Shown here: positions 23,601 through 38,265 of the stretch, in pieces
Numbering within the stretch: the first letter of the stretch is position 1
Layout: every line of letters starts with the position of its first letter
NCBI GenBank assembly: GCA_010405405.1
Contig: MU004238.1
Span: 2,057,530 to 2,121,529 of the forward strand
DNA: 64,000 bases
Direction of reading: 5' to 3'
Source: Microthyrium microscopicum
Lineage: Eukaryota
Made by a program: the position numbers and the translations under genes
Notes under the pieces: generated by a model
What the model was told of the DNA's origin: nothing
Seen by the model: the letters and a program-made list of their open reading frames with translations, nothing else
Databases searched by the model: none

Positions 23601-26600
23601 TTCTAATGGCCATCCCACTGAGTTCACTGTCTTCATTGGAGGTCCATTGCTCGGCTGAGAGTGCCAGCACGTCCAAGCAAGCTGACAGACCCGTTTCATG
23701 TCGCTCGAAGTCGTAATCGCCGAAGAAACACTCAGTGACGCATTGCAATATATCAAGCAGGTCTTGCTCGTTGAAGCCGACTGGACTCTGGAGAAGTAGC
23801 AGAACTGAGTGCCAACTAAGACAAAGCTCTTCCGGAGAGAGTTCTAGGAGACAATTAATGAGTTTGGCCCCATTCCCAGTCATAGCCATTTCTTGATCAT
23901 TCTGCAGTGTAGAAACGGCCAAAAGCAGGTACGTCTTGATTGAGCACCTAAACGAAGAAACGTCGTACATGGTCGCAACGTGATCTCGCTGTGAGGACAT
24001 TCTAGTCGTCGCGGTGTTATGCTGGCTGGCTTGTGACTCAAACCCGTCATCTACATCCATGAGGTCTAAAGACTCCTTGGAACCATTCTCTAATGCTCCA
24101 GAGTTTTTTCCCTGGAAGGCGCGTGAGAGCATCATTGTAAATTGATATTTGGTGACGTCCAAACGCGTTGTGCCGTTCGAACATAGCATCAGCTGCGATT
24201 GAGGAAGCATACTTGATATGCAAAGCAAGACAGCGTCTACCTTTGCCGGCTCAACTTCAGGGCGAACTATGAAAGATACAAGTCGTGTAGAGAGCTCTTT
24301 GGCAAGAGAGAGTAGCTCATTTAGTCGCGATCTGTCCGGATCCAGGCAGCAAGAACAAATTCGATCAATTGTGAGACATTGATTCGTCAGTAAGCGTAAG
24401 ATGACGGCCGTGACACCTTGAAGGCGTTCCTTGGTTAGTTCCTTGAACTTTTCCAGGCATCGCGTAGTCTCAGCCACGCAAAAGTCTAGGACTAAGGCAT
24501 CTATATAGCGATCAGTTCGCGGACACAGTGAAGTTTCGCCCGTTTTAGATGAAAGGGTTTTGTGCGGGCGAAGGTGTTCAGTAGGATCTTGGAAGAGCAA
24601 GAGGTATTCGGCCAGCTCCTGGACCTCCAGTTGACGTAGCCAGGTCTGAACAACGGGACCACGAGGAAAAGTGATCAGGTTCTCCATTTCGCAGTCAAAT
24701 TCATGACCAGTACAGAAAGCCACAAAACGTAAAAGGTAAAAACTGTCCACGTTGGAAGCCAATTCCGATGAATGAAGACGGTCCTCGAAGGCACTTGGCG
24801 TCCATTTAGTGAATAGCCATCGTACCAATTTCTCAGACAATCCGTTCATCATATTCGAGTTCTGAAGCATCTTTCGTCGAACCAACGTGATCCAGAACGA
24901 CACACTCGATTCTGCCAGAACAGCAGGACCAGTAATCTCTAGCAACTGAAGCATATTATCCAGAGACTGAGAAATTGAGGAGAATGGAACTAGTTCAAGA
25001 TCGAGAAGAACTCTCAAGAGATGACAAGCTGCTCTACTGGTGCGAAGACTGGACACTGCACCAGAGGCAACTTGCCATACTTGCAACCAGACTGAACTCA
25101 GGTTTGACGCTGTAGATGATGTCTGAAATGAGCAATTAACAAGGAGTAGAAAAGCCCAAGATGATATGGTTGGATTAGAACCAGCGCTCCAGTCGACGGC
25201 AAACATCATCACTTTTTCCAAGACCTCTGAGGAGAGAGCCCGGGTCGTGACCATGAGCGATAAAATTTGTAAAGTGGAAATACGACATTGACTGGTAGAG
25301 GATGAATTCACCTGCAAAAATTCGTCGAGATGAGTGGTGATGCGCAGTCGCTTATGATGTCGGCTGTCTGGCAAAGAACTTCGCGTTTCAGATGCAAGTC
25401 GACTTTTGTCAAGCATGGATGTATAGAATCCAATGAAGTACGCAAGCGTCCAGTGGTTTTCGGCATCATCATGTGCTGGTTTGATATCGAAGCCAATTGC
25501 TCCGGGTAAGTGCTGATGAGGAGCTCTCGAATGGAAATCTAGAAGTACATCGTCTAGATGTAATTGATCATTTCCGCGGCGTTGGCTATAATCATCATAC
25601 AAAGTCCGAGCAAAGAGATCGAGATCGGATTTGAATTCGTCGTCAGCACCTTGCAGAATTTCTTGAGCGACGTGGAGTCTTGTCAAGATGAGAAACATGA
25701 GGATCTCTTGCTTCAGCTGAGTAGTCTTGTACACCCATAATTGATTGGCTATTGGAATGACTTTCTTAATAATCTCGATCGTTGCAGAGACACTGGTCTG
25801 GATGGTTCTTGCGATAATGAGATTGACAGTAGCAATGACATCTCGATGTGCTCCGGAATGGGATGTTGTGACACGTGAATATTGAAGGAGCGTGTGAAGT
25901 GTTCTTGGGATCTCCTGGCCAGTAAGGGCATTAGGGGCTTGGTATAGTAATCGTATACAAGCAACCAAGTCATCATCGCGTGCGCGAGCGGTTCCTGGTT
26001 TCTCGCCATTCGCTATGAATGTTGATCTAGCGCTGGAGCGTCCGGTGCTACGAAGGCTCAGCACAAGCGACTCCCGTTCCTGAGATGATCCTTGTGCAGA
26101 CTCGAGAGCACTCAAACAGAACTCAAGGTATTTGGACCAGTCTCCTCTGATATGTTCAACATGGGGCTGATATTCGAAGATCACTTTCATAGAATGGAAA
26201 AAGCCACTTGCCAGTGGTTCGAAAAATCCATCAGTGGTGACTGTCATGAAATGGACAAGCTGATCCAGAATCCCCTTGGCAGTTCTGATTCCAATTCTCG
26301 ACACCGCCACCTCCGTGACATGTCGTATCGCTACAGCGTAGCTCCCGAGTTTGCCTTCCGCGGTACTTTGATGCGCTGCAGTTTTGGCACGCTGAAAACT
26401 GGCTTTATCTTTCTCCACCATGTCAAACAATTTCTCATATATCGCTTGCCAATGCTTGTCCTTGAGTTCTGAAAGATTAGTACTACTCAAGCCCAGGAAG
26501 TGCTTCAAAGTGTCAAGCGCATCCTTCCGGTCTACAACTCTGGATGAGCTGGCGATTTGACCTGAGCTGGTCGTTAGTCGAGCCGCCCTTCAAAAAGCCT

Positions 26601-26659
26601 AGCCCAAGCATACCGATCAGTTCTTGGAGAGAGTCGAATGTCTCGTTGTCGATTGCCAT
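17697..26659 (-). CDS. TEL1: PI3K-related Ser/Thr kinase Tel1/ATM
   Basis: ATG 26659; introns 26562..26613, 20212..20257, 19772..~19817, 18663..18709. TAN-like N-terminus ([13 protein letters not shown]), FAT region, kinase motifs [33 protein letters not shown] end LYPGWSPWA. Confidence 0.96.
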
Positions 26660-27126
26660 TTTCGCTGCGGTTCAGCCCCTCCTAGCCTTGCAGAGAAATT
26701 GAACAAAAACTAATTTTCAATGAGAGAATTGCCAGAACTCGAAGTGAAGCTTTGGTTGAGGCAGTTGGTAAGTGTTGAAGAAACGCAGCAGGTCATAGCC
26801 TCGCGATTTGGGCTGGCGGATATGTTCCCAGCGATATTAGTCACCATGAAGAACAGCATTTGAGATAGCTGATGAGGTAACTGGCGACCTCAGTATCTTT
26901 CACATCTACATATGTTGGTGTAATTTTCACCTCATCGTCGTAAAGGTAGAAGAGGAAGGAAAGATCTCGAGGTGGTTTTGGGGAAAGAAGGTCCAAGCTC
27001 CATCAACACCAAAACGCGGCCTCACTTAACCAGCGCGTCTAAAAAAACCTACAACACTCACTCTTCCCGTTCAACATCTTTCCCTTTCGACTTCTTGCGC
27101 CTAATCCTCACCCTGCATTCCTCATC
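26660..27126. promoter_or_regulatory. Divergent TEL1/NUP192 promoter region with two MCB-like ACGCG cores
   Basis: 467 bp between divergent ATGs; ACGCG at 27014..27018 and CGCGT at 27034..27038. Confidence 0.45.
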
Positions 27127-30100
27127 ATGTCCACCGCAAGCCTAGAGTCTCTAGAGGCTCTACACCACGACCTCGACGCCCTTCAAGAGAACCGTTTCCA
27201 TATCATCGATCGCCTGTCTGGGGAGCTCGAGGCGCATATTGAGGAGTTTCAAAATCTCTTGGACCACCGAACTCGCAATAATGCCAGTAGGCAGGCTCTG
27301 ACCACTAGTTCGTCGAGCGTGTTTCTTTTGGTCCTCATAACTGACTCTGCATAGGCGCAGTACCAGGAGCGAACGCAAAAATCGAAATTGACAACGTCGA
27401 ATACGAAGTCAACGAAGACTTTAGAAACCAGTCTCTTCAGCTTGCAGACGAACTCAACTTAGACGAACGGGAAAGCGCAAAGCTTCTTTTGCTTGCTCAG
27501 GACGATGCGCGGGACTTTGATCGAACTGCAATCGTCAGCGCAATCATGCGCTTCCACCGTCGGCGACAATATCTGCTCGAATGTATACGCCTGCTCTTCC
27601 ACTTGAGTACTGGAGCGCTGGGTGAGGACGATTCGGAACCCGAGGATGATCAAGACCAACCGCAGCCTGATTTACCCAACGAAAACCGTCGAATTACCGC
27701 GTTACTAGACGTCATCCGCTCCAGAGTCATTGGCCAAGGATCATCATACCTAGACAAACTTTTCAATGCAGTGAAAGAAGTAGAGAGTGGACTCCAGAAG
27801 GTCGGGGATAGAACACAGCGAGCAGCGGTAGTGGGCCAAGCCCTTTCAAGGGACGAAGAACAGATCATGGAGTATGAAAGAGATACTTTGAACATCCAGC
27901 ACGAATCGCTGTCGGCGATAATAACACTCTACATCGGCCTTGGCAGAATGACATCTACGAACATACTGCGCCAAACCTTGGCTCGACTTCAGACGCTAGA
28001 CAAACACGACCTAGTTTTGCTTCATTACGTTCCAGTAATAATGAAGCTGGCTGCCAAATGCATATCTGGAGGTCTTCCTGACCATGAAATTGGAACAATC
28101 CATACGCAGCTAATGAACAAAGACGAATTAGACCGGTGGGCTTCCAAAAACTTATGCCATACTGTCCGGGCCTGGTGGATTGTTTCATACAAAGGCCGCT
28201 ATACTGATGACGAAACTCGCGAGCCCGTCGCTTCACCAGAAGGGGATTTGCTAGACCAGTCTCTTCGCAATGGCGGTCTACATTTTATGCTATCGGTAGC
28301 ACAAGACGTTAAAAAGGGCGACTGGCGTGACCCAGCCAAGCTTCAGCTCACATCATTTCTCTTAGGGGATACGGCTCGACTGGCTCCTGAGACGCCGTCA
28401 CCCACCGAGCCGTTTCAAGAGATGGTCATGGACCTATTTCAGAATTTTATTCACGATTTCATATCGAACATGCCTGATACTTTACGGCTTTTGAAGTTCC
28501 AAGAAGATGACCAACGACGTCTTCTTCGGTCACGTTTCCAAAACAACACTTCAGAATATCGATACGATCTTGATCGATTTTTGGTCCTCATCTCTTATGC
28601 TTACCAGGATTATCCTGATAGTGCGCGAGACTTTTGGATTGACTCTGAAGGACACATGTATGGCTTTCTGCAATGGGCCGCGAAGAGACAGACAACTCCC
28701 AGAGTAGCAGCATTCTGTGAAATGCTTCGGTCGCTCTCAGAAGGCGAAATTTGTGCAGATAACACTCACCAATTCCTGCTAGATGAGGGTGCGCCTGTTG
28801 CAGGAAAACTGCGTAGAACGACGTCGCTAAGCTGGAGCCAAATATTTGCGGAACTAGAATTCTACGCCACCCAAATCCGCGAGCGCCAGGCTGTCACTAA
28901 TACAGGCAACGCCATTGATGCCCAGCATGCTCAAGAGCAATTGATAGAGCCTGAAAGTAACATCATGCTGGAGTGTTATCTACGATTGGTCAGCCATCTA
29001 TGTGGCGGCAGCGCAAAGGTTAGAAATTGGCTTCTTCAAAATGAAGCCAACCCAATTGCTCACATCTTATTCCAACTCATCTCAACCAGCGCAGATTCGA
29101 AGATAAGGGCTTGGTGTTTCATGACTTTAGCAGCCTTGACTGTTGATAAGAACCCAGATACGTCCGCTGGAATGTGGGAGAAGCTGGACTTGTGGATTTC
29201 AGGAGCACCCTCAACTGCACCCACCGCAGCGCGTTCAGCTGCGCCTCCAACAACCAATCGACCCGAACCGTTAGTCCTAGATCACATTGCCTCAGGGTTT
29301 GAAGAGCCACACGGATTCATGCACTTACTGAATGGCCTGGTCATCCCAGGAACTAATGAACTTGGGCTGAACGATGAGCTCCCATTTCCTGAGAACCTCG
29401 GATCGTCATATAGGCTTCCTGGTATCAGCACATACATTGATTTCGCTCTTGGTCGAGTGTTTGCTGATGGCACTATGAAGCTGAGTGACACGTACCAGGC
29501 AAATCTGTTACGATTAACCTGTCTGGACTTCATATGCACGTGTTTGTCTAGCTTTAACGAAGACCTGGTCATCATCGCAAATAGGTCCAATATGCCGGTC
29601 GAGAGAATCATTCGATCCTCGTCACTGGAGTCATACGTTCTTTGGCATCCATTCTCCCGTGTGATGGAACATTTGTTTGACGACAAGTGCTTGAAAGCTC
29701 TATTCGCGGCGGCTAAGCAAGACCCACAGGCTATTAATCTGGCTGCAAGCAACTCACCGCTTGTTCTGTCTCTTGTTAGATCAATCGAGGCGATGAACCT
29801 CATCCTGAAGTTTCAGTCAATGTACTTTGATGTAGTACGCCCTTTTATTCGAAAGATGAACCCGGACCGGAAGCCAGTATCACAGTCCCTGTTCCCATCA
29901 TTTGAAGACGCAGTGCTGAAAGACCTCTCTATCATCGTCAATCTTGGCTTATACTGTGGTCTTGGTCACTCTGAGCTCACGCTCTGCTCACTTGCTCTTC
30001 TAGAAAAGCTATCGTCATCACGAAAACTGAGCTATCCGGTTGGCCAAATCCGTGCGGATAGAAGCAAGTTAATCACTCAGTTGGAACAGGATAATGAGGC

Positions 30101-32413
30101 GGAACGAATCTCACGTGGACTTATGTCTTCCATGACTATCGACGAGCGGGAAATTGAGGTTGGCCCACTTGCCTCGGGTTATAGTATAAAATCAGGCATC
30201 ATCAGCTTCCTCAAGAGCACGCTCCTGGCAACCCCCGATCGACCAAACATTGCTCACCTGCTCTTGGGCTTCAATTGCACCGCTCATAGCATCTACATTG
30301 AGAACCAAGATGCATTCGCCAATGGATCCTGCTTATTTTTCGCAATTGGTCGCCTGGTGATGGAATACCCAAACAGAGACGGTGCTAATTTTCTCGCATG
30401 GTCCTCCAATATTACACAGGCTTGTACAGAGATATTACGAATACTCTGGCGATCACCACTAACTAGCCAGCTCGTGCTCACACAGTTACGCGAGTCTGAT
30501 TATGCCTTTCTTCAGGCCCTTCGTCAGATGGTGATAGGCACCCGGACCATATGGAGCGAGCTTATGATAGCGGACCCGGCGTTCTTCATCACCGATTCAG
30601 CTTTGGCGTTACGGAACTTTTTACATCAACGAACAGCATACTTCGATTTCCTCGCCCGTGAGTTCCGCTACTGCAAGGTCGGCAACGTCACAAGCCTACT
30701 CCTGCGACTCCAGGCTGTGTTGTTGGGTTCCGCACACTTTCCTGGCCAAGCACCTCAGTCATGTCCCAATATTTTCGAGCTATTCGACTTTATGGAGCTT
30801 GATTATTCTTCCCCTGGGCCGATTGTAGATTCGGCCTACATAAGGGAAGCTGACTTTGTCGTATGCCAGACTACGCGACATGATGAGCCACCAGGCCCTC
30901 TCTTTGACCTTCCTCGAGCTGAAGAGATTATACTCCTCCAACGCAACGAGTTCACGAAAGATCACCAGCCACTTGCTGGATCAAAGGAACTTGTGAAAAC
31001 TCCAGCAGAAGACTTGGAACTGCTGGAGTTTAACGAAGCAGCCAATAATGCATTCTTCTCCATCTTAGCACGAAACCAATGGCGAGAGGTTGTCATAGCT
31101 CAAGCCGAGACGCTCAAGTCATGGACCCAACTAATGGTGGTAGCAATAGAAACCTGTCAATTCGAGCCGGCCATTGAGCTTGCCTTCGTCCATCAAGCAT
31201 ACCAGTTGATCGTTCCCAAATTTGAGAAGGCCGTGTTTATCGACATCAAAACTGCCGTCGAGCTCGCTACGCTCTTGCTCACACTACTAAAATCTTCGAA
31301 GTACAAAAATGAGAAGGATAAGACTCCGAACGGGTCTACAAACGGCAAAGTCTCCACAACTCTTTCGAAGAGCAACGGGCGAATGAGCGTCCTCGACAAT
31401 ACCAACGACATTGAGTTCCAAGTGTTTCGCGCTGCTCTGAATGCAAGTGTTTCAAGTACAAGCAACGTCGAGTTCCGCGAAGTTTGTTATCAAGTATGCT
31501 GCCAATATCTCCGCAACGTGTCTGGCGACGTTCCCAAAGGCTCAATTCGTCGACGGAATATTCTCCGCACAATCAAACAAGTCAACGACCGGCTGATCGA
31601 AATCGCGGCTGACGACGCATGCAACGGCCGTAATAGTTGCGGTATTGGTGCATTACTTTTACTCGAGTCTCTCGTTTCAGTGTCAGCGATAGATGACCCC
31701 AAACTCATTCTCAGTGGCCTAGAGAGTGTCAACTTCGTCGCGATTTGTGTCGACTGCATTCGGCGAATTCCCGTGGACCTCAGAGAGGCAGCACCAGAAG
31801 GTACGTTAAGTCAGCCTCTTGAAAGATTAAGCTTATCATTACAGATGTCCCTCTTGTTTTCGGTTATCACAATGCCTGTCTCGCTTTGCTAGTGCGCATT
31901 GCTCAAACTAGACCTGGTGCTGTTCAAGTGCTCAATGCCGGCCTGTTCTCCGCTGTCGAAGACTCTCAGATCTTCTCCACTGACCCTGATGTTGGACTAG
32001 GTAAGTTTCTGATCTCTTTCCAATTGACATACTCTAATTCAAGACCAGAGCTCAACAATCAAGAACTATTGAAGAAGTTCTTCGACCTGATGGTTTCTGT
32101 TCTTCGCATCGTCAATTCTGTTGTGCTCAAGTTTCAAAGCGATCAAACCATTGGCCCGGCGCGTGATTTCCTAAGTAGAAATCGCAACTCAGTCATTGGA
32201 ATCCTCAAGCGACACGATGGAGTTGGCGGCATCGAAATGGATAGCTCTATCAACTTGTCCGATCTAGTCGATAACATAACGTTGCTCATGGCTGCAACGG
32301 ATTACCTAGAGGTGAGTGCCCCTTTAAAATAACCTTCCACCTGTACTGACAGCGGCCAGTTTGAATCAGTAACTACTGACCGCAAGAGAACCATGATGGA
32401 TGTGTTTACGTAG
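27127..32413 (+). CDS. NUP192: Inner-ring nucleoporin Nup192/Nup205
   Basis: Introns 27308..27354, 31801..31844, 32001..32048, 32312..32359. KIEIDNVEYEVNEDF...LADELNLDERESAKLLL, RFHRRRQYLLECIR, PNIAHLLLGF are Nup192 hallmarks. Confidence 0.92.
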
Positions 32414-32671
32414 TAAAAATACCCCTTGTTATTCGAAATATTGTAGTAATAGCACCCAAGCGATACCAGGCCAAAAGTTTGAGCATTGTATTTAGCATCA
32501 GCGCCCCTAGCATCGCGGAACAATAGTAGTAATGTGACAAATGCCCTTCTGAGTAGACTGCGCCAATATTGGTATCGTTATGTCCAACAAATTCAACGCC
32601 TTGTGACGGCTTAATCCGGCCACGATGCAATCAACGTCTATATCGTACAGCTTTTTATCCAAATGATCTTT

Positions 32672-33212
32672 TCATTTATCGAACCCCAGGCCCTCATTCC
32701 TCCCCTGCGGTGTTGCCTCATCCACTTCCGATACCCATTTGCTTCCCCTTGAGCCTTCCTGCCACGACCATTCTTCCGCCTGTCCTCCCACGTTCGAGAT
32801 GTGTTTGAGGGTGTGGCCCAGTTTGACCACGCTGAACCGCAGTAACCGCGGCTCCATCTTGAGCATCGCTTTCATTGTATCCTGGGCTTTTGCGGACGCG
32901 TCGAAGCGCATGATGAAGTATTGGCCAGCATGATGTTTTTGGGCACCGGCGGATGCGCGCATAGGTTTTGGAAGCGCAAAGACACCCCAATTCGTCAGGC
33001 CACGAACGACACCACCACGCTGGAGGATTATGGTGCCAGCAGTGCGGGCGATGCTGGGCAACACGTTAGTTTGAGGTTCGCTAAGGGGATGGGGTTCGGG
33101 GAGCGGTACTCTTTTGCCTCGCGGATGGAGCCTGGGCGGACCTAAAAACATTAGTATTGATACAGTCAGAGAGTTAAGGAGGACTTACTACTGATATCAA
33201 CTCGTACAGCAT
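32672..33212 (-). CDS. MRP17: Mitochondrial ribosomal protein bS6m
   Basis: MLYELI..VRPG..REAKEIARTAG..ILQRGGVVRGLTNWGVFALPKP...HHAGQYFIMRFDAS; two short 5' introns (~33142..33188, ~33055..33109). Confidence 0.92.
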
Positions 33213-33377
33213 TGCGAATATGTGATATGTGAAGACATTGACCGTCGCTACAACATTTTTTCCAGGAAGTCAAATCATCAAGGTCCGTGCGCGAGCTTTG
33301 GTGATCTCATGAATTTAATCCTCACCCCTCTATCACCCTCTCGCTGACGTCCCAATCTCCTCTCTACATATTCTACA

Positions 33378-34012
33378 ATGGCCGCTCGTACTTCAATTAT
33401 GCGCGGTCTGCGCACACTGAGCTCAGGCTCAAGTTTCACAACCTCCCGACTTACAGTGCGCGCTGTGCAGCCGCTTAGAACATCCCTCGTCCGCCCATTT
33501 TCGATCTCGCGCACTCGTATGCTTCCAGAAGGACCTCGAATGAGAGCTATGCTAACATGAATACAGTCTACGAGCGCCGATACACAGACGACCATGAATG
33601 GGCCGAGCTCTCTGCCGACAAGAAAACCTGTAATTGCTTCGCTATTCGCATCTCAGATACCTACTAACACACCTCAGGCACTGTCGGAATCACAACATAC
33701 GCAGCAAACGCAATTGGCGACGTAACATGGATAGAGATGCCAGAAGCCGGCACCGCATTCGAAGAAGGTGACCCACTCGCCGTCATCGAAAGCACCAAAG
33801 CCGCCAACGATATATACTCGCCGCTCAGCGGCACAGTGACGGAGGTCAACGCGAAACTAGACGAAGATCCAAAGACAATCAACGCAGATCCAGAAGGCGA
33901 CGCGTGGTTGGTAAAGCTGGAGGTCAAGGATGCGGATGAGTTCAAGGCGTTGTTGAGCAAGGAGGACTATGACGCTGTTGTGGCGGAGGAGAAGAAGGCG
34001 GAGGACAAGTAA
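33378..34012 (+). CDS. GCV3: Glycine cleavage system H protein (mitochondrial)
   Basis: Arg/Ser-rich presequence, RYTDDHEW, VGITTYAA..IGDVTWIEMP, lipoyl-Lys motif IESTKAANDIYSPLSG; two introns. Confidence 0.93.
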
Positions 34013-34164
34013 GTGGTTGGATGATGTGATGAAGATTTCAACATAAGATACACAGCTTGGGTCTGATTACTATAATGTACACATATGCAACACGATGCCT
34101 TGGTTCGGTGATCTACGTTCAACAGTGCTCAGATGCTCATCGATTATGGTGATCATGGCGATTT

Positions 34165-36141
34165 TCAATGCAAGCTCTCTCGTCTGTCCCTGTAGCGTAC
34201 ATGAGAGTCCTTCTCATAGCCATCTTCCAACTCTTGCGACGAGCCATCAACATCATCCACACCGTCCATATCCAACGGCTCATCGCCAATCTCCATCCAT
34301 ACCTCGCTCATAGCTAGAACGGGAAAGAAATGGCACAGCAGATAATACGCTCCACTCGAAACGATAAACCCGCAAAAGAAGTTCAAGTTGTAGATATACG
34401 TGGCTGCCGCTGGTACTTTGTTCCCGACTGCCCCAGCAAAGCCGACCACATTGATAAGTATACCAGCAACATACGCCGCATATGCGCGCCAGTTGATGCC
34501 CATGGTAAAGTAGTATGGTCCAGTCTTACGGCCATCGTATAGACCTTTAACTTCGAGATATCCTTTGCGGATAAGGTAGTAGTCACAGCAAATCACGCCA
34601 GCTATGGATGATAGGAATACAGAGTATGAGGATAAATAGGTCGTGAAACTGTTGGAGCTGGATAGAAGGTTCCATGGGCACATGACGAGACCGACTATCG
34701 CGCAGATGTATCCTCCTCGACGGATATTGATGAAGCGTGGGAGGAGGGCGGTCATGTCTGTACCAGCGGAGACGGAGTTGGCTGCAATGTTTGTCCCGAG
34801 CTGTGCGAGCGTGAATGCCATGGCAATTATGAAAACGCCGAAACGCTGGCCGCCGCCGCCTTCATTGACAAACTTTGTGAGAAGGTCGAGAGGATTCCAG
34901 ATTGGTTCGTCGTTAGGATAGATGACTTTTGCTGAAGAAGTGACGATGATACCAATAAATGAGGTTACTGCGAAACCGATTGGAATCGTGAATAGCTGGG
35001 ACCATAAGGCGTCGCTTGGTTTGCGGGCAAAACGAGCAAAGTCGGGATCGTTAACGATGAGTGTTGCAAAATTGGCGATCGCACTCATTATGCCTTTTAC
35101 CATTCCCCAGCCAAGCTCGCTTCCTCTGGCAGTTCCAGGCTGATGGACGATTGGGCCTAACCCCTTGGCTCGAACGATGGCCCAGATGAAGAAAATGAAG
35201 CCAGCAGTAGGGACAAAGTAAGCCTTGACAGTGAACAGATGACGAATCTGATGGACTGGAAACCATAAGGCTGGCAAGCTACCAAGCCAGAACAAGAAGA
35301 AGCTGATAAACTCTTTCGTAGTAGTTCCGGAATTTTGGGGGAAAGTGTTGGGCACGTCGTCCTAGATATGATTAGCAAAATGATATCTAGTAACATACAG
35401 GAAAACCGACATATTTGGACCAGATAGCTCGAATCATAAGAGTAACACACTCCCCGCCTATCCATGATTGAACACCATACCATATGCAAGCCATAGCAGC
35501 ACGATTAAAGACTGGCCATAAAGCGCCCCAGATACCAAAAGACGACCGAGAGACCACTGGAAAGCCAATGTGATATGTCGCACCAATTCGGCCAGTGGCA
35601 CATATAAAGCAGCCAGCGATGGAGTAGCCAAGCCAAACACAAATCCAGGACTGCCACCAGGACAATCCATTGCTCGAAATCATAGACGACGAAATCATCC
35701 ACGTATTGATGTTGAACGAATCGGCTAAGCAATCTTAGTTAGCCAAGCTCCACTGTACGAAAATTCAATTGACTGACCGACCCAGAAACCAACAAAGTTC
35801 CAAGGTCCCCATTGCCTCCGCTCTGGTTCAACGGGTTTTAGATCATGGTTGTATAGCATCAACTGCGTATTATTTAGACCAGGCTCATTTTCAACCGCAA
35901 TCTTGTCCAGAAACTGAACCACCTTGGACTTTGCAGGTTTCCTCATCTGATAAGTTCGATCAGAATGCAGAAGATGACGCTCGGAGTGTTGCAATTCAAA
36001 ATCATTAATATCTGTCAAGTAATGGTGCCGATCAATATCACGAAGGGAGGACCTTCGACTAGTATGATTAGACCGTGAAGTGGTTTCTTCCGGGCGTGCG
36101 GCATCAAAGGGATTCCGGAGATTGTTAGACGATGATGGCAT
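34165..36141 (-). CDS. NCS1-family nucleobase permease (uracil/allantoin, Fur4-like)
   Basis: [69 protein letters not shown]; introns at ~35727..35775 and ~35362..35411. The start may lie in an extra upstream exon (ATG 36310). Confidence 0.9.
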
Positions 36142-37340
36142 CAAAGGCTCGCTCTCCAAATTCTGTTCACCTTGAGAAAGCTCGACTAAACTATATTCCG
36201 AGCCCGTTGGGGACGGAGAATGGTATACAGACTGGAATGGACATCAGCACATGCCTAGTAGTATAACAGAATGTAACAAAAGTATGTACCTGCGATGTTA
36301 TTCTCGCCATGTTATACCGGATGGGAGGAAGGCTTAGGTTACCAAGTGATTTACTGGCGGCTGAGGAATGACAGAAAGTTTGGGTCCAGCCTAAACCTCC
36401 ATGCCCAAAGCAGTAAGCTCGGAGTACTTTGCACGTTTCTGCTCGAAGAGGTCGGGGGACTTCGATATGCTGAATTCCAAAAACCGTTAAGATTTTGCAA
36501 TCTGTAAACAGAGACAGAATGGCGGCTGATTCAACAACCAACGATCAAGTTGATGCTTTCTAAGTCCAAGGGAGGAAGCGACTTTGCATGCATAGCAGAT
36601 TCGAATCTGCAGGGACTTGTCGCTAGACCACGCGCGACACGCTCTAGGTGGGCATCAAAGGCAAGACAATTGCGCTGTAAGAGAGCAACCACCAGATTGC
36701 GTAGCTGAGCCTGGACCACGGGATCAATACCATGAAGGTCCAAAGCAATCTTCCTATCAACTCCGATGTCTATAAACATAAATTGGCATACTCAAAACAT
36801 GGTAATGGCGCGGCAGGGTCCGACAGCCTACAGGTGGATAGAAGTTGACTCGATGCGGTGTTGCAATCAGCTAAGGATATACTCCACGTCAATTTCCGCT
36901 CACAAGCAAAGATGGATCGAAACGGGAAAACATAGCAGGGCGAGCAGGCTATCTAATAGCTTGTCGCTAATTCTTTGCATAAAAAGACAGTACAAATATA
37001 TGATTGTGATAGAAATGTCGTTGGATTAAAGTTGAAGCCAACTGGAAAGCATCAGAAACAGATCGCACTATACCTTATCGAACCTAGTATCTTAGTGTTA
37101 GTCATATTCAACCTTTTTACCTGGCTCTGATTGGCTCCAAAAGTACAAGATGCTAGCTCTAAGTGCTTTCTAAGCTCCTATTTACAGACCACCCCAACAG
37201 GTACATATCCTTGACGCCAAGATTTCACTACCCCAATTTTAACTTCAAAGTGGCAACAAGCAACACCACACCCATTCCGAATCACAACTACAGCTCCTCT
37301 CGCCAATCAATCAAGCAAGCCATTCAAATCAACCGCCAAC

Positions 37341-37724
37341 ATGGTATGTCTCCCATCCCCCTAAGCCCGCGGCTCCAACACCAAGCCCACATCAAGGCAA
37401 GCCGACATTAATATTAATGATCCCCAGGTTCTCGCCGTCGACCTTCTAAACCCCACACCAGCCGCCGAGGCGAAGAAACACAAACTCAAGGTACTTCACA
37501 CTTATGCAAGCAGTGTTCAAGCAGCCGATTGACGATCCCAGACTCTTGTACCAGCACCCCGCTCCTTCTTCATGGACGTCAAGTGTCCCGGCTGCTTCAC
37601 CATCACCACCGTCTTCAGCCACGCACAAACAGTCGTCGTATGCGCCGGATGCTCGCAGGTGCTCTGCCAGCCGACAGGTGGAAAGGCACGACTTACGGAA
37701 GGATGCTCGTTCAGGCGGAAGTAG
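37341..37724 (+). CDS. RPS27: 40S ribosomal protein S27 (eS27); absent from the ORF track
   Basis: Exons 37341..37343 (ATG only), 37428..37490, 37542..37724 give [82 protein letters not shown]. Confidence 0.97.
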
Positions 37725-38265
37725 AGCTGACGGCACACACATGGGACGAAGGGGGGAAATGGATTTGGGAAAGACAATGAATTGGTAAAGAAGGATGGTG
37801 GGAGGCGTTCGGAACTTGCAAAAGGCGTGGAGATGGGAGTCAACAGCACAGCGAGCGTCCATAAAAAGGGCCGGCGTGATGACGATTTGAAGTTGGCCCG
37901 TTGAGGATACCCATTTGTAAATATATTGCAATGAATTCTATGAACCTTTTATTCAACTTTATTATCACTCCATTGCATGAAGGGTGCCAGGAAGGGGTAT
38001 CATGCTTACACTTATATGCTATCGTGTCAAGCTGAGTCGAAAGCTGTTGCACAAGAAAGGACTTGCAAATGAAGACAATTGATCAATTCGTCAATACGTT
38101 GCTTTCAACATATATCAGTCTATGCTATACAAAACAAAACCTGCCATCCCATGGGGTATCATAAATGCAAAATCCCAAACGCCGCGCTACATAAATACAG
38201 ATGCTGTACACAATACAAGCGATTCAATATACAAACAAGAAAACTCAGCCATTCCCAGGCTCTCT

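Noticed and set aside
37446..37931. ORF-track ORFs around 37.5 kb
   Set aside because: Off-frame or antisense shadows of spliced RPS27.
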